From: Candidatus Iainarchaeum sp.
Lineage (GTDB): Archaea > Iainarchaeota > Iainarchaeia > Iainarchaeales > CSSED10-239
Reading direction: 5' to 3'
DNA length: 32,000 nucleotides
Assembly: GCA_028700115.1 (NCBI GenBank)
Contig: JAQVTI010000006.1
Span: forward strand, 1 to 32,000
Under the pieces are notes generated by a model that was not told the DNA's origin, searched no databases, and worked only from the letters and a program-made list of their open reading frames with translations. The position numbers were made by a program, and so were the translations under genes. The first letter of the stretch is position 1. Every line of letters starts with the position of its first letter. Of the stretch, positions 1-8,840 are shown in pieces.

Positions 1-2
1 TT

Positions 3-605
3 TATGATGCACGAGATGCTTGTGAATCTATTGGCGGTCATGTAATGACTAATGAAGAGCATATGACCATTTTAAGAAATTTAGAAAGAGTTTCTGAAAA
101 TTGGTCTGGAGGCGAAATCGGTTCTGGATATCTCCCAAGAGGTAATTCTTCTTCAAGTGATGCAATGAATAGTACTGATGAATTATCAGGGGTTACAAAA
201 CGTACTCTTAAATTAACTAATAATGAATATATTTGGGATCTTTCAGGAAATGTGTGGGAATGGGTTGATAAAACTTTAGATGCTTCAGAAGAACCTTATG
301 GTGAGACTTTACCTTCAAGTACTGGTGAATGGATTGAATATTTTACAGGTGTAGATGGTTATAAATCTTTAACTAATTTAAATAGTTTAGATTATAAAGA
401 TATTTTTTTAATAAATAAAACTTATAATACTACTCAAAGTATTGGAAGACTTAATACTGATGCAGGAGATAGTGGTGATCGTGCTTTTTTTGTGGGTGGT
501 TATTGGCACGATGGTTCTCATGCCGGAGTTCTATCTCGGCTTTTGAACCTTGGTCCTTCCACCCGGAGCTCTTCCATCGGCTTTCGGTGTGTAGTAGTTC
601 CATAA
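3..605 (+). CDS. C-terminal part of a formylglycine-generating enzyme (SUMF1/FGE-sulfatase)-like, C-type-lectin-fold protein; candidate DGR target protein (5' truncated by window edge)
   Basis: Frame stays open upstream of the ATG at 45 to the window edge (YDARDACESIGGHV-MTNEEHM). Motifs WDLSGNVWEWVDKT and C-terminal GGYWHDGSHAGVLSRLLNLGPSTRSSSIGFRCVVVP are typical of FGE-like variable proteins. Confidence 0.85.
   Translation, partial: YDARDACESIGGHVMTNEEHMTILRNLERVSENWSGGEIGSGYLPRGNSSSSDAMNSTDELSGVTKRTLKLTNNEYIWDLSGNVWEWVDKTLDASEEPYGETLPSSTGEWIEYFTGVDGYKSLTNLNSLDYKDIFLINKTYNTTQSIGRLNTDAGDSGDRAFFVGGYWHDGSHAGVLSRLLNLGPSTRSSSIGFRCVVVP
496..588 (+). other. Candidate diversity-generating retroelement variable region (VR)
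   Basis: 3'-terminal segment encoding GGxWxxGxxAGxxxxxxxxxPSxxxxxIGFR. About 12% A by manual count in an otherwise A-rich gene, and locally GC-rich, as expected from adenine-specific mutagenesis. Boundaries approximate; no template repeat seen. Confidence 0.65.
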
Positions 606-647
606 AAAAGGATTTGATATTTTTCCATCTGGTATCTTGACGGGATA

Positions 648-668
648 GACGGCAAGACGGCAAGACGG
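648..668 (+). repeat. Short tandem repeat (GACGGCAA)x~2.6 downstream of the candidate VR
   Basis: GACGGCAAGACGGCAAGACGG read directly; a related GACGGGAT precedes it. Confidence 0.9.
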
Positions 669-698
669 ATTTGGCGAAGTTGTTAATGCCTGAAACTT

Positions 699-743
699 GC
701 AAAAATTTGTTTTCTTGCCTTAAGGCAAGGTTCAAATTTTTGC
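699..743 (+). repeat. Long interrupted inverted repeat / hairpin downstream of candidate VR
   Basis: GCAAAAATTTG (699-709) / CAAATTTTTGC (733-743) enclosing the 16-bp palindrome CTTGCCTTAAGGCAAG (714-729). Confidence 0.9.
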
Positions 744-782
744 TAAAGCTTTTTGAAAGTAAGGCTTATTTCTAATATTTTT

Positions 783-858
783 TAAAAGATTTTTCATCTT
801 TGTTTCTACATTTATATAAATTTATTTTTCTTCTTAGTTTTTATAGTTTTTTAAAATA
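783..858. repeat. Dispersed repeat copy 1 (partner at 26930-27010)
   Basis: Manual alignment: 72 of 76 nt identical to 26930-27010, plus a 4-nt and a 1-nt gap. Confidence 0.85.
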
Positions 859-897
859 TCTTTACACTTTTAAATCTTTTCTTATATATTATATATT

Positions 898-1359
898 ATG
901 TATGAAGTTTCTTGGAATGAATTTGAATCTTTGGCATTAGATCTTGCAAAAAAAATTGATGTTTCTAGTATGAATTTTGATGCAATTGTTTGTGTTAGTA
1001 GAGGTGGGTTATTGTTAGGTCGAATACTTTCTTCTGCTTTAGATCTTCCATTAGGTGTTATTTCTGCAAAAAATATTGATGGGAAATATTTTGTTGATAA
1101 TTCTATATCTTTTTTATATGATATTGAAGGCAGTATTTTATTAGTTGATGATGTTTTTGAAGAAACTTCAAAAATAATTGTAAATTTATTAAATAAAAAT
1201 TATAATAAAATTGAAAAAATTTGTCTGGCTAGTATTTTTTATAAATCTAAAAATATTTTTAAACCAGATTTTTTTATTTCAGAAATTAAACATTCTTTAG
1301 ATATTGTTTTTCCATATCAAGAAAATGTAATTTTTTCAAGATATAAATATAAGGAGTAG
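898..1359 (+). CDS. Phosphoribosyltransferase family protein (xanthine/hypoxanthine-type PRT)
   Basis: ORF with VCVSRGGLLLGRILSSAL and the PRPP-binding motif ILLVDDVFEE. Confidence 0.8.
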   Translation: MYEVSWNEFESLALDLAKKIDVSSMNFDAIVCVSRGGLLLGRILSSALDLPLGVISAKNIDGKYFVDNSISFLYDIEGSILLVDDVFEETSKIIVNLLNKNYNKIEKICLASIFYKSKNIFKPDFFISEIKHSLDIVFPYQENVIFSRYKYKE

Positions 1360-1365
1360 TTATAT

Positions 1366-1875
1366 ATGGTTTTTAAAAAGAAAATTTCAAAATCAAAAAT
1401 AAATTTTAATAAAAGTATTTCTAAAAAAAAGGTTTTTTTTAGAAGTAAATTTTTTAATTTATTAATAATTTTAATAATTTTAATATTATTTTTATTTTTA
1501 ATTTCTATTTTAAATTTAAATAATGAAGAGAAAGTTATTAATCAAAATATTTTTAAACATCTAGATAGTTCTTCTCCACAGCAAGATATTGATAATTTTT
1601 TAAATAAATTATTAAATAATAATAATGAATATATTATAGAATATTCTTCTAATTTAAATGATGTTATTTCAATTAATCAAATAGAACAGGCAAATATAGA
1701 TTCTTTAAAGAAAAGATATTTTTTTTTATTTTCTGAAGATGTTTTAGATGAATATTCTTTTAAATATCCTGTTATTGGGGATTATATTGTTGAATATGAT
1801 TCTGCAATTATTGTATATAATTATAATTTAGATGTTGTAAAAAGTTTTTTTATAGTTCAGGCTATTTCTAATTAG
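1366..1875 (+). CDS. Hypothetical single-pass membrane protein
   Basis: 169-aa ORF with Lys/Ser-rich N terminus followed by a strongly hydrophobic segment (LLIILIILILFLFLISIL); follows the PRT gene closely. Confidence 0.7.
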   Translation: MVFKKKISKSKINFNKSISKKKVFFRSKFFNLLIILIILILFLFLISILNLNNEEKVINQNIFKHLDSSSPQQDIDNFLNKLLNNNNEYIIEYSSNLNDVISINQIEQANIDSLKKRYFFLFSEDVLDEYSFKYPVIGDYIVEYDSAIIVYNYNLDVVKSFFIVQAISN

Positions 1876-1907
1876 CCTTTTTCTTATTTTCATATTTTAT
1901 TAAATTA

Positions 1908-3155
1908 ATGATTTTTATGGATGAAACTGAATTAATTCTTTTAAAAAGAAAATTAAAAAATTTAAAACATTATAGAGGGCAAGGTACTCAATTAATAAGT
2001 TTATATTTACCTCCAGATGTTGATCGAAGTTCTGTTACAAAACAACTTACTGATGAAATAAGTCAATCATCAAATATAAAAAGTGCTCAAACTAGAAAAA
2101 ATGTACAATCTGCTCTTAAAAGAATTACTAATTATTTAAAACAAATAGATTTTAATCTTCCAGAAACAGGGCTTGTTCTTTTTTCTGGAGAAGTTTCTAC
2201 AAATCCATCTAAGTCTGATATTATTCTTTTAGATATAGTTCCCCCAAAAAAATTAACTACAAAGCTTTATTGGTGTGATTCTTCATTTCATTTACTTCCT
2301 TTAGAAGAAATGGCAGAGACTGATGAAGTTTATGGAATTATTGCAGTTGATAAAAGAGAAGCGACAATTGCTGTCTTAAGAGGTAAAAGTTTAGAAATGC
2401 TTGATAGAGAAACCTCTGGTGTTCCTGGAAAAACAAGAGCAGGGGGGCAATCTGCTCATCGTTTCGAAAGACTTAGAGAAAAGGCTGCAGAGGATTTTTT
2501 TAAAAGAGTTGGAGAAAAAGTAAACGTTGCATATTTAAATGAGCCTAAACTAAAGGGTATGATTATTGGTGGACCTGGGCATACTAAATTAGAATTTATT
2601 GATCATAGTAATTTAGATCATAGAATTAGAGATAAAATTTTAGGAACTATAGATGCATCTTATACAGATATAGCAGGGATTAAAGAAATTTTAGATAAGT
2701 CTAATGATATTTTAAAAGAAGTAAGTGCTATTAAAGAAAAAAATTTAGTAAATAAATTTGTTGAAAATGTTGCAAAAAATAATCTTGCAACATATGGATT
2801 TAGAGAAGTATTAAATGCATTAAATATTGGACAAGCAGATACTGTTTTAATTTCAGAAGGAATTGAATGGGTTATTCTTAAGTTTAAATGTATTGATTTT
2901 GATAAAGAATTTATAAAGATTGTAAAAGATAGAGATTTAGTTTCTTCTGTAGAATCAGAAGTTTTATCTTCTTCTAAAGATTGTGATTCTAAAAAAGCTG
3001 AGTTACTTGAAGAAATTGATTTTTATGATTTTTTTGTAGAACTTACAAGAGAAACAAGTTCTAAGGCTATATTAATTTCTACTGAAAGTGCAGAAGGTAA
3101 ATTATTTCTAGATGCTTTTGGTGGAATTGGGGCTTTATTAAGATATAAAATTTGA
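1908..3155 (+). CDS. prf1: Peptide chain release factor subunit 1 (aRF1)
   Basis: NIKS motif (SNIKSAQTRKNVQSAL) and catalytic GGQ motif (RAGGQSAHRFERLREKAAEDFFKRVGE); 415 aa. The true start may be the second ATG at 1917. Confidence 0.97.
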   Translation: MIFMDETELILLKRKLKNLKHYRGQGTQLISLYLPPDVDRSSVTKQLTDEISQSSNIKSAQTRKNVQSALKRITNYLKQIDFNLPETGLVLFSGEVSTNPSKSDIILLDIVPPKKLTTKLYWCDSSFHLLPLEEMAETDEVYGIIAVDKREATIAVLRGKSLEMLDRETSGVPGKTRAGGQSAHRFERLREKAAEDFFKRVGEKVNVAYLNEPKLKGMIIGGPGHTKLEFIDHSNLDHRIRDKILGTIDASYTDIAGIKEILDKSNDILKEVSAIKEKNLVNKFVENVAKNNLATYGFREVLNALNIGQADTVLISEGIEWVILKFKCIDFDKEFIKIVKDRDLVSSVESEVLSSSKDCDSKKAELLEEIDFYDFFVELTRETSSKAILISTESAEGKLFLDAFGGIGALLRYKI

Positions 3156-3161
3156 TTAATA

Positions 3162-4436
3162 ATGGAATTTAAATATATAACAGATACCCCATCTCTTGGA
3201 GGTCGAATTAAAAATTTTGCAGAAGATTTTGTTGTTTGTGAGATTGGAAAAGATTATTCTACTTATGTTAAATATTTGCCAGATAAAAAGGTTGAAGAAA
3301 TAAACTGGGATGATGTTTTTAATCAAAATACAGAAAATAAAGATTTTTTAATTCTTACAATGGAAAAAATTAATCTTTCAACTACAACTGCAATAAGTCA
3401 GATGTCTAGATTTTTAAGACTTTCAAAAAAAAGAATTTCTTATGCAGGTTTGAAAGATAAAAGAGCAATGAGTTCTCAAAAAATTTCTTTGTATCAACCT
3501 GAAAAAGAAAGGCTTTCTAAATTTTATTTTAAAAATATAAAAGTATATGACCCTGTTTGGTCAAATGATAAAATAGATATTGGTGATTTAAAAGAGAATC
3601 ATTTTATAATAACAATTAGGCAAATAGAAAATAAAACTGAAGAAGAAATTAAAGAAATAATTTTAAATTGTATACAACAAATTAATAAAAAAGGGCTTAT
3701 AAATTATTTTGGTGAACAAAGATTTGGTGGGATTAGAGATATTACTCATAAGGTAGGTAAGCTTGTTTTACAAGGGGATTATAAATCTGCAATAATTTTA
3801 TATTTAACTGAAACTTTTGATTTAGAAAGAGAAGATATTAAACAAGCAAGACTTGCTTTAAAACAAGATTTAGATTTTCCAAAGCATGCAGCTCATTTTC
3901 CTTCAAAGACAGGTTATGAAAGTGCAATTTTAAATTATCTTGCAAAAAATCCAACCGATTTTTTAGGTGCATTTAAAATACTTCCAAAGTCTATTCAATA
4001 TCTTTTTACACATGCATATCAGTCTTATTTATTTAATGAATTAATTAATTTAAGAATAGATCGAGGATATGGTATTGAAAAAATAGATGGGGATAGGTTA
4101 GATAAAAATGGGGTTGTTTTATTACCTTTATTTGGATATGAATCTTGTTTTTCAAAAGGACTTGCTGGAGATTTAGAAAAAGAAGTTTTAGATAGAGAAG
4201 GTATTACCTTTAAATATTTTTTTAATAAAGATCATTCTGTTTTTTCTAGTAAAGGTGAGTTTAGAAAAATAAAAACAGAAGTTAGAGATTTAAAGCTTTT
4301 AGAAGTTTCTGATGATTTAAAAAATAAAGAAGAAATGAATAATCCTAAAAAAGCAATTGTTTCATTTATTTTAGATAAGGGTCAATATGCTACTGTTTTT
4401 CTAAGAGAAATTATAAAAAAAGAAATAATTGGTTAA
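3162..4436 (+). CDS. truD: tRNA pseudouridine synthase D (TruD/Pus7 family)
   Basis: Catalytic-region motif ISYAGLKDKRAMSSQKISL plus AHFPSKTGYESAILNYLAKNP; 424 aa. Confidence 0.93.
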   Translation: MEFKYITDTPSLGGRIKNFAEDFVVCEIGKDYSTYVKYLPDKKVEEINWDDVFNQNTENKDFLILTMEKINLSTTTAISQMSRFLRLSKKRISYAGLKDKRAMSSQKISLYQPEKERLSKFYFKNIKVYDPVWSNDKIDIGDLKENHFIITIRQIENKTEEEIKEIILNCIQQINKKGLINYFGEQRFGGIRDITHKVGKLVLQGDYKSAIILYLTETFDLEREDIKQARLALKQDLDFPKHAAHFPSKTGYESAILNYLAKNPTDFLGAFKILPKSIQYLFTHAYQSYLFNELINLRIDRGYGIEKIDGDRLDKNGVVLLPLFGYESCFSKGLAGDLEKEVLDREGITFKYFFNKDHSVFSSKGEFRKIKTEVRDLKLLEVSDDLKNKEEMNNPKKAIVSFILDKGQYATVFLREIIKKEIIG

Positions 4437-6571
4437 AAGTCTTTAAGGCTTTCCTTTCTTTTATTTTCGTTTTGTTCTATATTTTTTTTAAAGTCTATTT
4501 TTAATTCTTCTAAAATACTATATCCTATTTTTCCAATAATTTCAATTATTTTTTCTGGTTTTCTTTTAATATCATTTATTCCTTTAATTCCTGCTATAAA
4601 TAGTCTTCTTGCTCTAATACGTCCTATATTTTTTAAACATACTAGTTCAACTAGTTCTTTTTTAACTCCATATTTTAATCTAATTCCTATAGTTTTATAT
4701 TCTTTTGATAAATATGTATTTTGTTTATTTTGTTTTATAAGTTCATTTACACAATAAATTATCCATTCGGCTTTTGAAATTATATTTCTTATTTCTCCAG
4801 GAGATGTATTGTATTCTGAAATTATTGTATCTTCATTTGTTTCATTTATCCATTCTAATAACATTTTTGCTTCATATATTTTATTTAAGAGATATATATC
4901 TTCATATTCAAAATATATTTTTTCTTTTAAATGTTCAAATATATTTAATAAAATTATTTCTTTTTCTTTTTTAAAGTTAAGATAGTTTTTCATCTCACTT
5001 GTATTTATAATTGTATAAAGCATTTCTAGTTCTTCTATTTGTTTATCTTTTTTAATATTTATATCTTCTAATATACAATGTGCAGAATAAGGGTCTATAT
5101 ATAAATAACATACTTTTTTACCTAGTTCTGTAATTTTTATTTCTTCTTCAATACTTTCTAAAAAGCCATCTTCTATAAATTCTTTTAATATTTCTATAAT
5201 ATTTTTTTCAATTTTATATGTATCTCCAAATGTATGATAGTAAAATGTATATGATATATATTCTATAATTTCTTTAAAATTTTTAAGTTGATTTATTAAT
5301 ATCATTGTAAGTAAATGCATTCGTAAAATAATAAATTTAGATAATTGTGATTCAATATCTTCTGGTTTTCCATTAATATATGTTTCATATATTTTAGAAA
5401 CATCATTTTCTTTTAAAGATACAGCAATAGCTTGTCCACTTTTATCATATTTTGGTCTTCCTGCTCTTCCTGCCATTTGCATAAATTCATTTACTTTTAT
5501 AGGAGTCATTTTGCCTTCATTAAATCTATATATATTATTTATAATTACTCTATAGGCTGGAAGATTAATTCCTGCTGCAAGTGTTGGAGTTGCAAATATT
5601 ATTTTTATATTTTTTTTCTTAAATTCCTCTTCTATAATTTCTCTTTGTAAATGTACTAACCCAGCATGATGAAATGCAAGTCCATTTTTAACAGCATTAC
5701 TTAGTTCTATACATTGTTTAGTTGGTTGTTCTAATATTTGTCCAAGATTTAATGCGATTTTATTTAACTTTTCTGAATCAATAAATTCTAAACTTGTTTT
5801 GGCATATTTTTTACAAAATGACATTGTATTTTTTCTAGAGTTACAGAAAATAATTATTTGCTTTTGTTTTTTTAATGTGTCTTTTATTATTCCTGAAAGT
5901 GTTTCTTTTTCTTTTTCTAATTCTATTTTGTTTTCTTCAAAATATATATTATTTTCATAAAGTACCCCAATTTCTAATGGTACTGGTCTATAATTTATAT
6001 TTATTAATTTTGCATTCATCCATTCTGCAAGTTCTTTTGAGTTTCCAATTGTTGCAGATAGCCCTAATAATGTTATTTCTTTATAATTTCTTTTAAGATA
6101 AGTTATTATTGATTCTAAACTTGCCCCTCTTGAATTTCCAAGTTCATGAATTTCATCAATTGTAATTAATCCAATTTCTTTTATCCAAGATAAATTGTGT
6201 CTTAAAATAGAATCTAGTTTTTCATATGTCATAAATAATATGTCTAAATTTTCTAAATATTTTACTGATTCACTAAAATCTCCTATTGATATTCCTATAT
6301 TTAAATTAAATTCTTTTGCATATTTTTTTTTAGTTTCTTTAAAATGTTCTGAGGTTAATGCTTTTAATGGAGATATATATATTACTTTTTTGTTTTTATT
6401 TTTAATACAATCAAGCATATATATTTCAAAAACTGTTGTTTTTCCAGAAGCAGTAGGTGTTGTAATTAATGTATTTTCTCCAATATTTGTTATTGCTTTT
6501 TCTTGCATTGGATTTAGTTTTTCAAATTTATTTATTTCTAATATTTTTTGAATTATTTCTTTTGTGTGCAT
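4433..6571 (-). CDS. hel308: Ski2-like ATP-dependent DNA helicase, Hel308/Hjm type
   Basis: Walker A TPTASGKT, DEIHELG box, GLSATIGN, ATPTLAAGINLPAY, QMAGRAGRPKYD; C-terminal HhH-like segment (LKNIGRIRARRLFIAGIKG). Confidence 0.9.
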   Translation of the reverse strand: MHTKEIIQKILEINKFEKLNPMQEKAITNIGENTLITTPTASGKTTVFEIYMLDCIKNKNKKVIYISPLKALTSEHFKETKKKYAKEFNLNIGISIGDFSESVKYLENLDILFMTYEKLDSILRHNLSWIKEIGLITIDEIHELGNSRGASLESIITYLKRNYKEITLLGLSATIGNSKELAEWMNAKLININYRPVPLEIGVLYENNIYFEENKIELEKEKETLSGIIKDTLKKQKQIIIFCNSRKNTMSFCKKYAKTSLEFIDSEKLNKIALNLGQILEQPTKQCIELSNAVKNGLAFHHAGLVHLQREIIEEEFKKKNIKIIFATPTLAAGINLPAYRVIINNIYRFNEGKMTPIKVNEFMQMAGRAGRPKYDKSGQAIAVSLKENDVSKIYETYINGKPEDIESQLSKFIILRMHLLTMILINQLKNFKEIIEYISYTFYYHTFGDTYKIEKNIIEILKEFIEDGFLESIEEEIKITELGKKVCYLYIDPYSAHCILEDINIKKDKQIEELEMLYTIINTSEMKNYLNFKKEKEIILLNIFEHLKEKIYFEYEDIYLLNKIYEAKMLLEWINETNEDTIISEYNTSPGEIRNIISKAEWIIYCVNELIKQNKQNTYLSKEYKTIGIRLKYGVKKELVELVCLKNIGRIRARRLFIAGIKGINDIKRKPEKIIEIIGKIGYSILEELKIDFKKNIEQNENKRKESLKDF

Positions 6572-6673
6572 CTATATATTCTGTTATAGAAAGTATTAAA
6601 ATATTCTTTGTTTTATATATTTATATTATTTTTAATAAATTTATTTTAAATTTTATTATAAAAAGTGATATTT

Positions 6674-7195
6674 ATGTCTAAAATTGGTTTAAATAAAAGA
6701 GATTTAAAGAATATTTCTTATAGATTTAATCAAAATTCTAAAAAAAATAATACTTCTAAAATTTTTGAAAATAAATTAGATCTTGCCAATTTAAATATTT
6801 CTAAATCTGTATTTAAAGATGAAATTAATAGTTGTATACGTTCTGGGAATTATTTGCATTTGGAAAAATATTTAAATCAAAAGTTAAATTTAGATCTAAA
6901 GTCTCAAAATGTAAGATTTAAACTTTTAAATAAGTTAGAACATACTTTTATTGAGTATATGCTTGAAAATCTCCCAAATGGTGGAAAAATTACTGATAAG
7001 CAGGTTATTTTTTTAAATAATAAATTTTATGCAAATCTTATTAATCTTCGTGTTAGAAAAAAAATAACTTATGAAGAGTTAAATAAAAGAAATATTTCTT
7101 TTTTAAAAATGCTTAAAACTATTTCTACAAAGGTTGAGTTAGTAAATTTTTTAAATACTCAAATTTCTATTATTGAAAAAGAAATAAAGGGTTAA
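6674..7195 (+). CDS. Hypothetical protein
   Basis: 173-176 aa Lys/Asn-rich ORF; start at 6665 or the internal ATG at 6674. No family recognised. Confidence 0.65.
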   Translation: MSKIGLNKRDLKNISYRFNQNSKKNNTSKIFENKLDLANLNISKSVFKDEINSCIRSGNYLHLEKYLNQKLNLDLKSQNVRFKLLNKLEHTFIEYMLENLPNGGKITDKQVIFLNNKFYANLINLRVRKKITYEELNKRNISFLKMLKTISTKVELVNFLNTQISIIEKEIKG

Positions 7196-7385
7196 AAAAA
7201 ATATATTTTTATGAAATTTATATAAAAAGTAACATTTATAAGCTATTTGTTTCATAAATATTTATTAAATCTTTTTTTGATTTTTCTATGTTTTCAAAAT
7301 TTTTTATAAACTTTTATAGTTTTAAAGAAAATCTTTATTATTTTTATAGTCTTATAAATATACAAATAAATAAATCTGATTAAAT

Positions 7386-8072
7386 ATGATTCAAAATAAA
7401 AATATTATTCAAATAGATCTAATTTTAAAAGATAATGATTCAAAAGAAATTTTAGATACAACTTTTGAAAATGTTGCAAAAGAAAGTGGATTAAATATAA
7501 AATCTGGATTTAAACCATTAAATTTTATTTTTGGAACTGGTGAACTTTTAAAAGGTGTAGAAGAAAATATTAAAGATTTAGAAGAAGGTAAATCTAAAAC
7601 TTTTATTTTAAAACAAGATCAAGCTTTTGGAAAGAAAGATCCTTCTAAAATAGAACTACATTCTTTAAATGATTTTAAAAAGGAAAATATAAAACCAGAA
7701 CCTGGTATGGTTTTAAACTTTGGAAACAAAGCTGGTAAGATAATTAGTGTTTCTGGTGGGAGAGTAAAGATTGATTTTAATTCTTTATTTGCTGGAAGAG
7801 ATTTAGAATACACTATTACATTAAATAAAATTATTTCTGAAGATAAAGACAAAATACCAGCTCTTTTAGAGAAAGCATTTTCTTTTATTCCAAGAAATCA
7901 ATTAAAATATGTTGTAGATGATTCTAAAAAGATAGTTGACGTGCATATACCTTTAGGTATGCCTGTAGAATTAGATTATTATAAACAATTATTTTCAAAA
8001 ATGGTTTTAGATACAACTACATATGATTCTATTAAATTTTCTCAAAATTTTTATAGAGATGAACAAAAATAA
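7386..8072 (+). CDS. FKBP-type peptidyl-prolyl cis-trans isomerase (SlyD-like)
   Basis: FIFGTGELLKGVEENIKDLEEGKSKTFILKQDQAFGKKDPSKIE ... GRVKIDFNSLFAGRDLEYTITL is characteristic of archaeal long FKBPs. Confidence 0.92.
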   Translation: MIQNKNIIQIDLILKDNDSKEILDTTFENVAKESGLNIKSGFKPLNFIFGTGELLKGVEENIKDLEEGKSKTFILKQDQAFGKKDPSKIELHSLNDFKKENIKPEPGMVLNFGNKAGKIISVSGGRVKIDFNSLFAGRDLEYTITLNKIISEDKDKIPALLEKAFSFIPRNQLKYVVDDSKKIVDVHIPLGMPVELDYYKQLFSKMVLDTTTYDSIKFSQNFYRDEQK

Positions 8073-8107
8073 TCTTTTTAAAAATATTATAAAATGGGTG
8101 GATTAAT

Positions 8108-8719
8108 TTGTCTGAAGATATAAAATTTATGAAAGGAACAACAACTTTAGGTATTGTTGCAAAAGATGGTATTGTTCTTGCTGCAGATATGAAAGCTTCT
8201 ATGGGTAATTTTGTTGCAGATACTTCTGCTTCTAAAATATATACAATAAATGATCATATTGCTTTAACTCTTGCTGGTTCTCAAGGAGATGCTTTAACTT
8301 TAATAAGGCATTTAAGAAATAATGCTAATCTTTATGAATTAGAACATAAAAGACCTTTAAGTACAAAATCTTGTGTTGCTCTTTTAACAGGAATTTTAAA
8401 TTCAAATAAATTTAGACCTTTTTATACTCAATTTATTATAGGTGGTACTGATGGTGAGCTTCATTCTTTAGATATGGTTGGTGGATCTAGTAAAACAAAT
8501 AGTTTTGCAGTTTCTGGTTCTGGTTCAGAACTTGCAATTAGTGTATTAGATAATAAGTATACTCCTAATATTACTGTAAAAGATGCAATTTCTTTAGCAA
8601 AAGAAGGAATTTCTGCTGCTAAGAAAAGAGATATTTATTCTGGTGGAGATGGTATTAATATTTTTGTTATTAAAAACGATTCTATTGAGGAATTACCTAT
8701 CTCTAAATATAAAGAATAA
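8108..8719 (+). CDS. psmB: Proteasome subunit beta (TTG start)
   Basis: MKGTTTLGIVAKDGIVLAADMKASMG with N-terminal nucleophile Thr context; 203 aa. GGGTGG lies 6 nt upstream of the TTG. Confidence 0.94.
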   Translation: MSEDIKFMKGTTTLGIVAKDGIVLAADMKASMGNFVADTSASKIYTINDHIALTLAGSQGDALTLIRHLRNNANLYELEHKRPLSTKSCVALLTGILNSNKFRPFYTQFIIGGTDGELHSLDMVGGSSKTNSFAVSGSGSELAISVLDNKYTPNITVKDAISLAKEGISAAKKRDIYSGGDGINIFVIKNDSIEELPISKYKE

Positions 8720-8840
8720 TTTTTTTTAATTTTTAATTTATTTTTTTAAATCAAATTATTTTTTAATTTTATTTTTTAATTATATAAATTTGTTTTTTTA
8801 ATAAAACAATATTTAATTATACAAAATTTTTTTATAAAAT

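Noticed and set aside
451-735. Minus-strand ORF overlapping the 3' end of the candidate DGR target gene
   Set aside because: Antisense to the VR. Its openness is explained by the VR's unusual composition, and no family is recognisable.
4774-6681. Plus-strand ORFs 4774-4974, 5432-5650, 5875-6096, 6195-6551 and 6469-6681
   Set aside because: All lie largely antisense to the well-supported Hel308 gene and encode Phe/Leu/Tyr-rich shadow sequences.
7619-7852. Minus-strand 77-aa ORF
   Set aside because: Antisense shadow of the FKBP gene.
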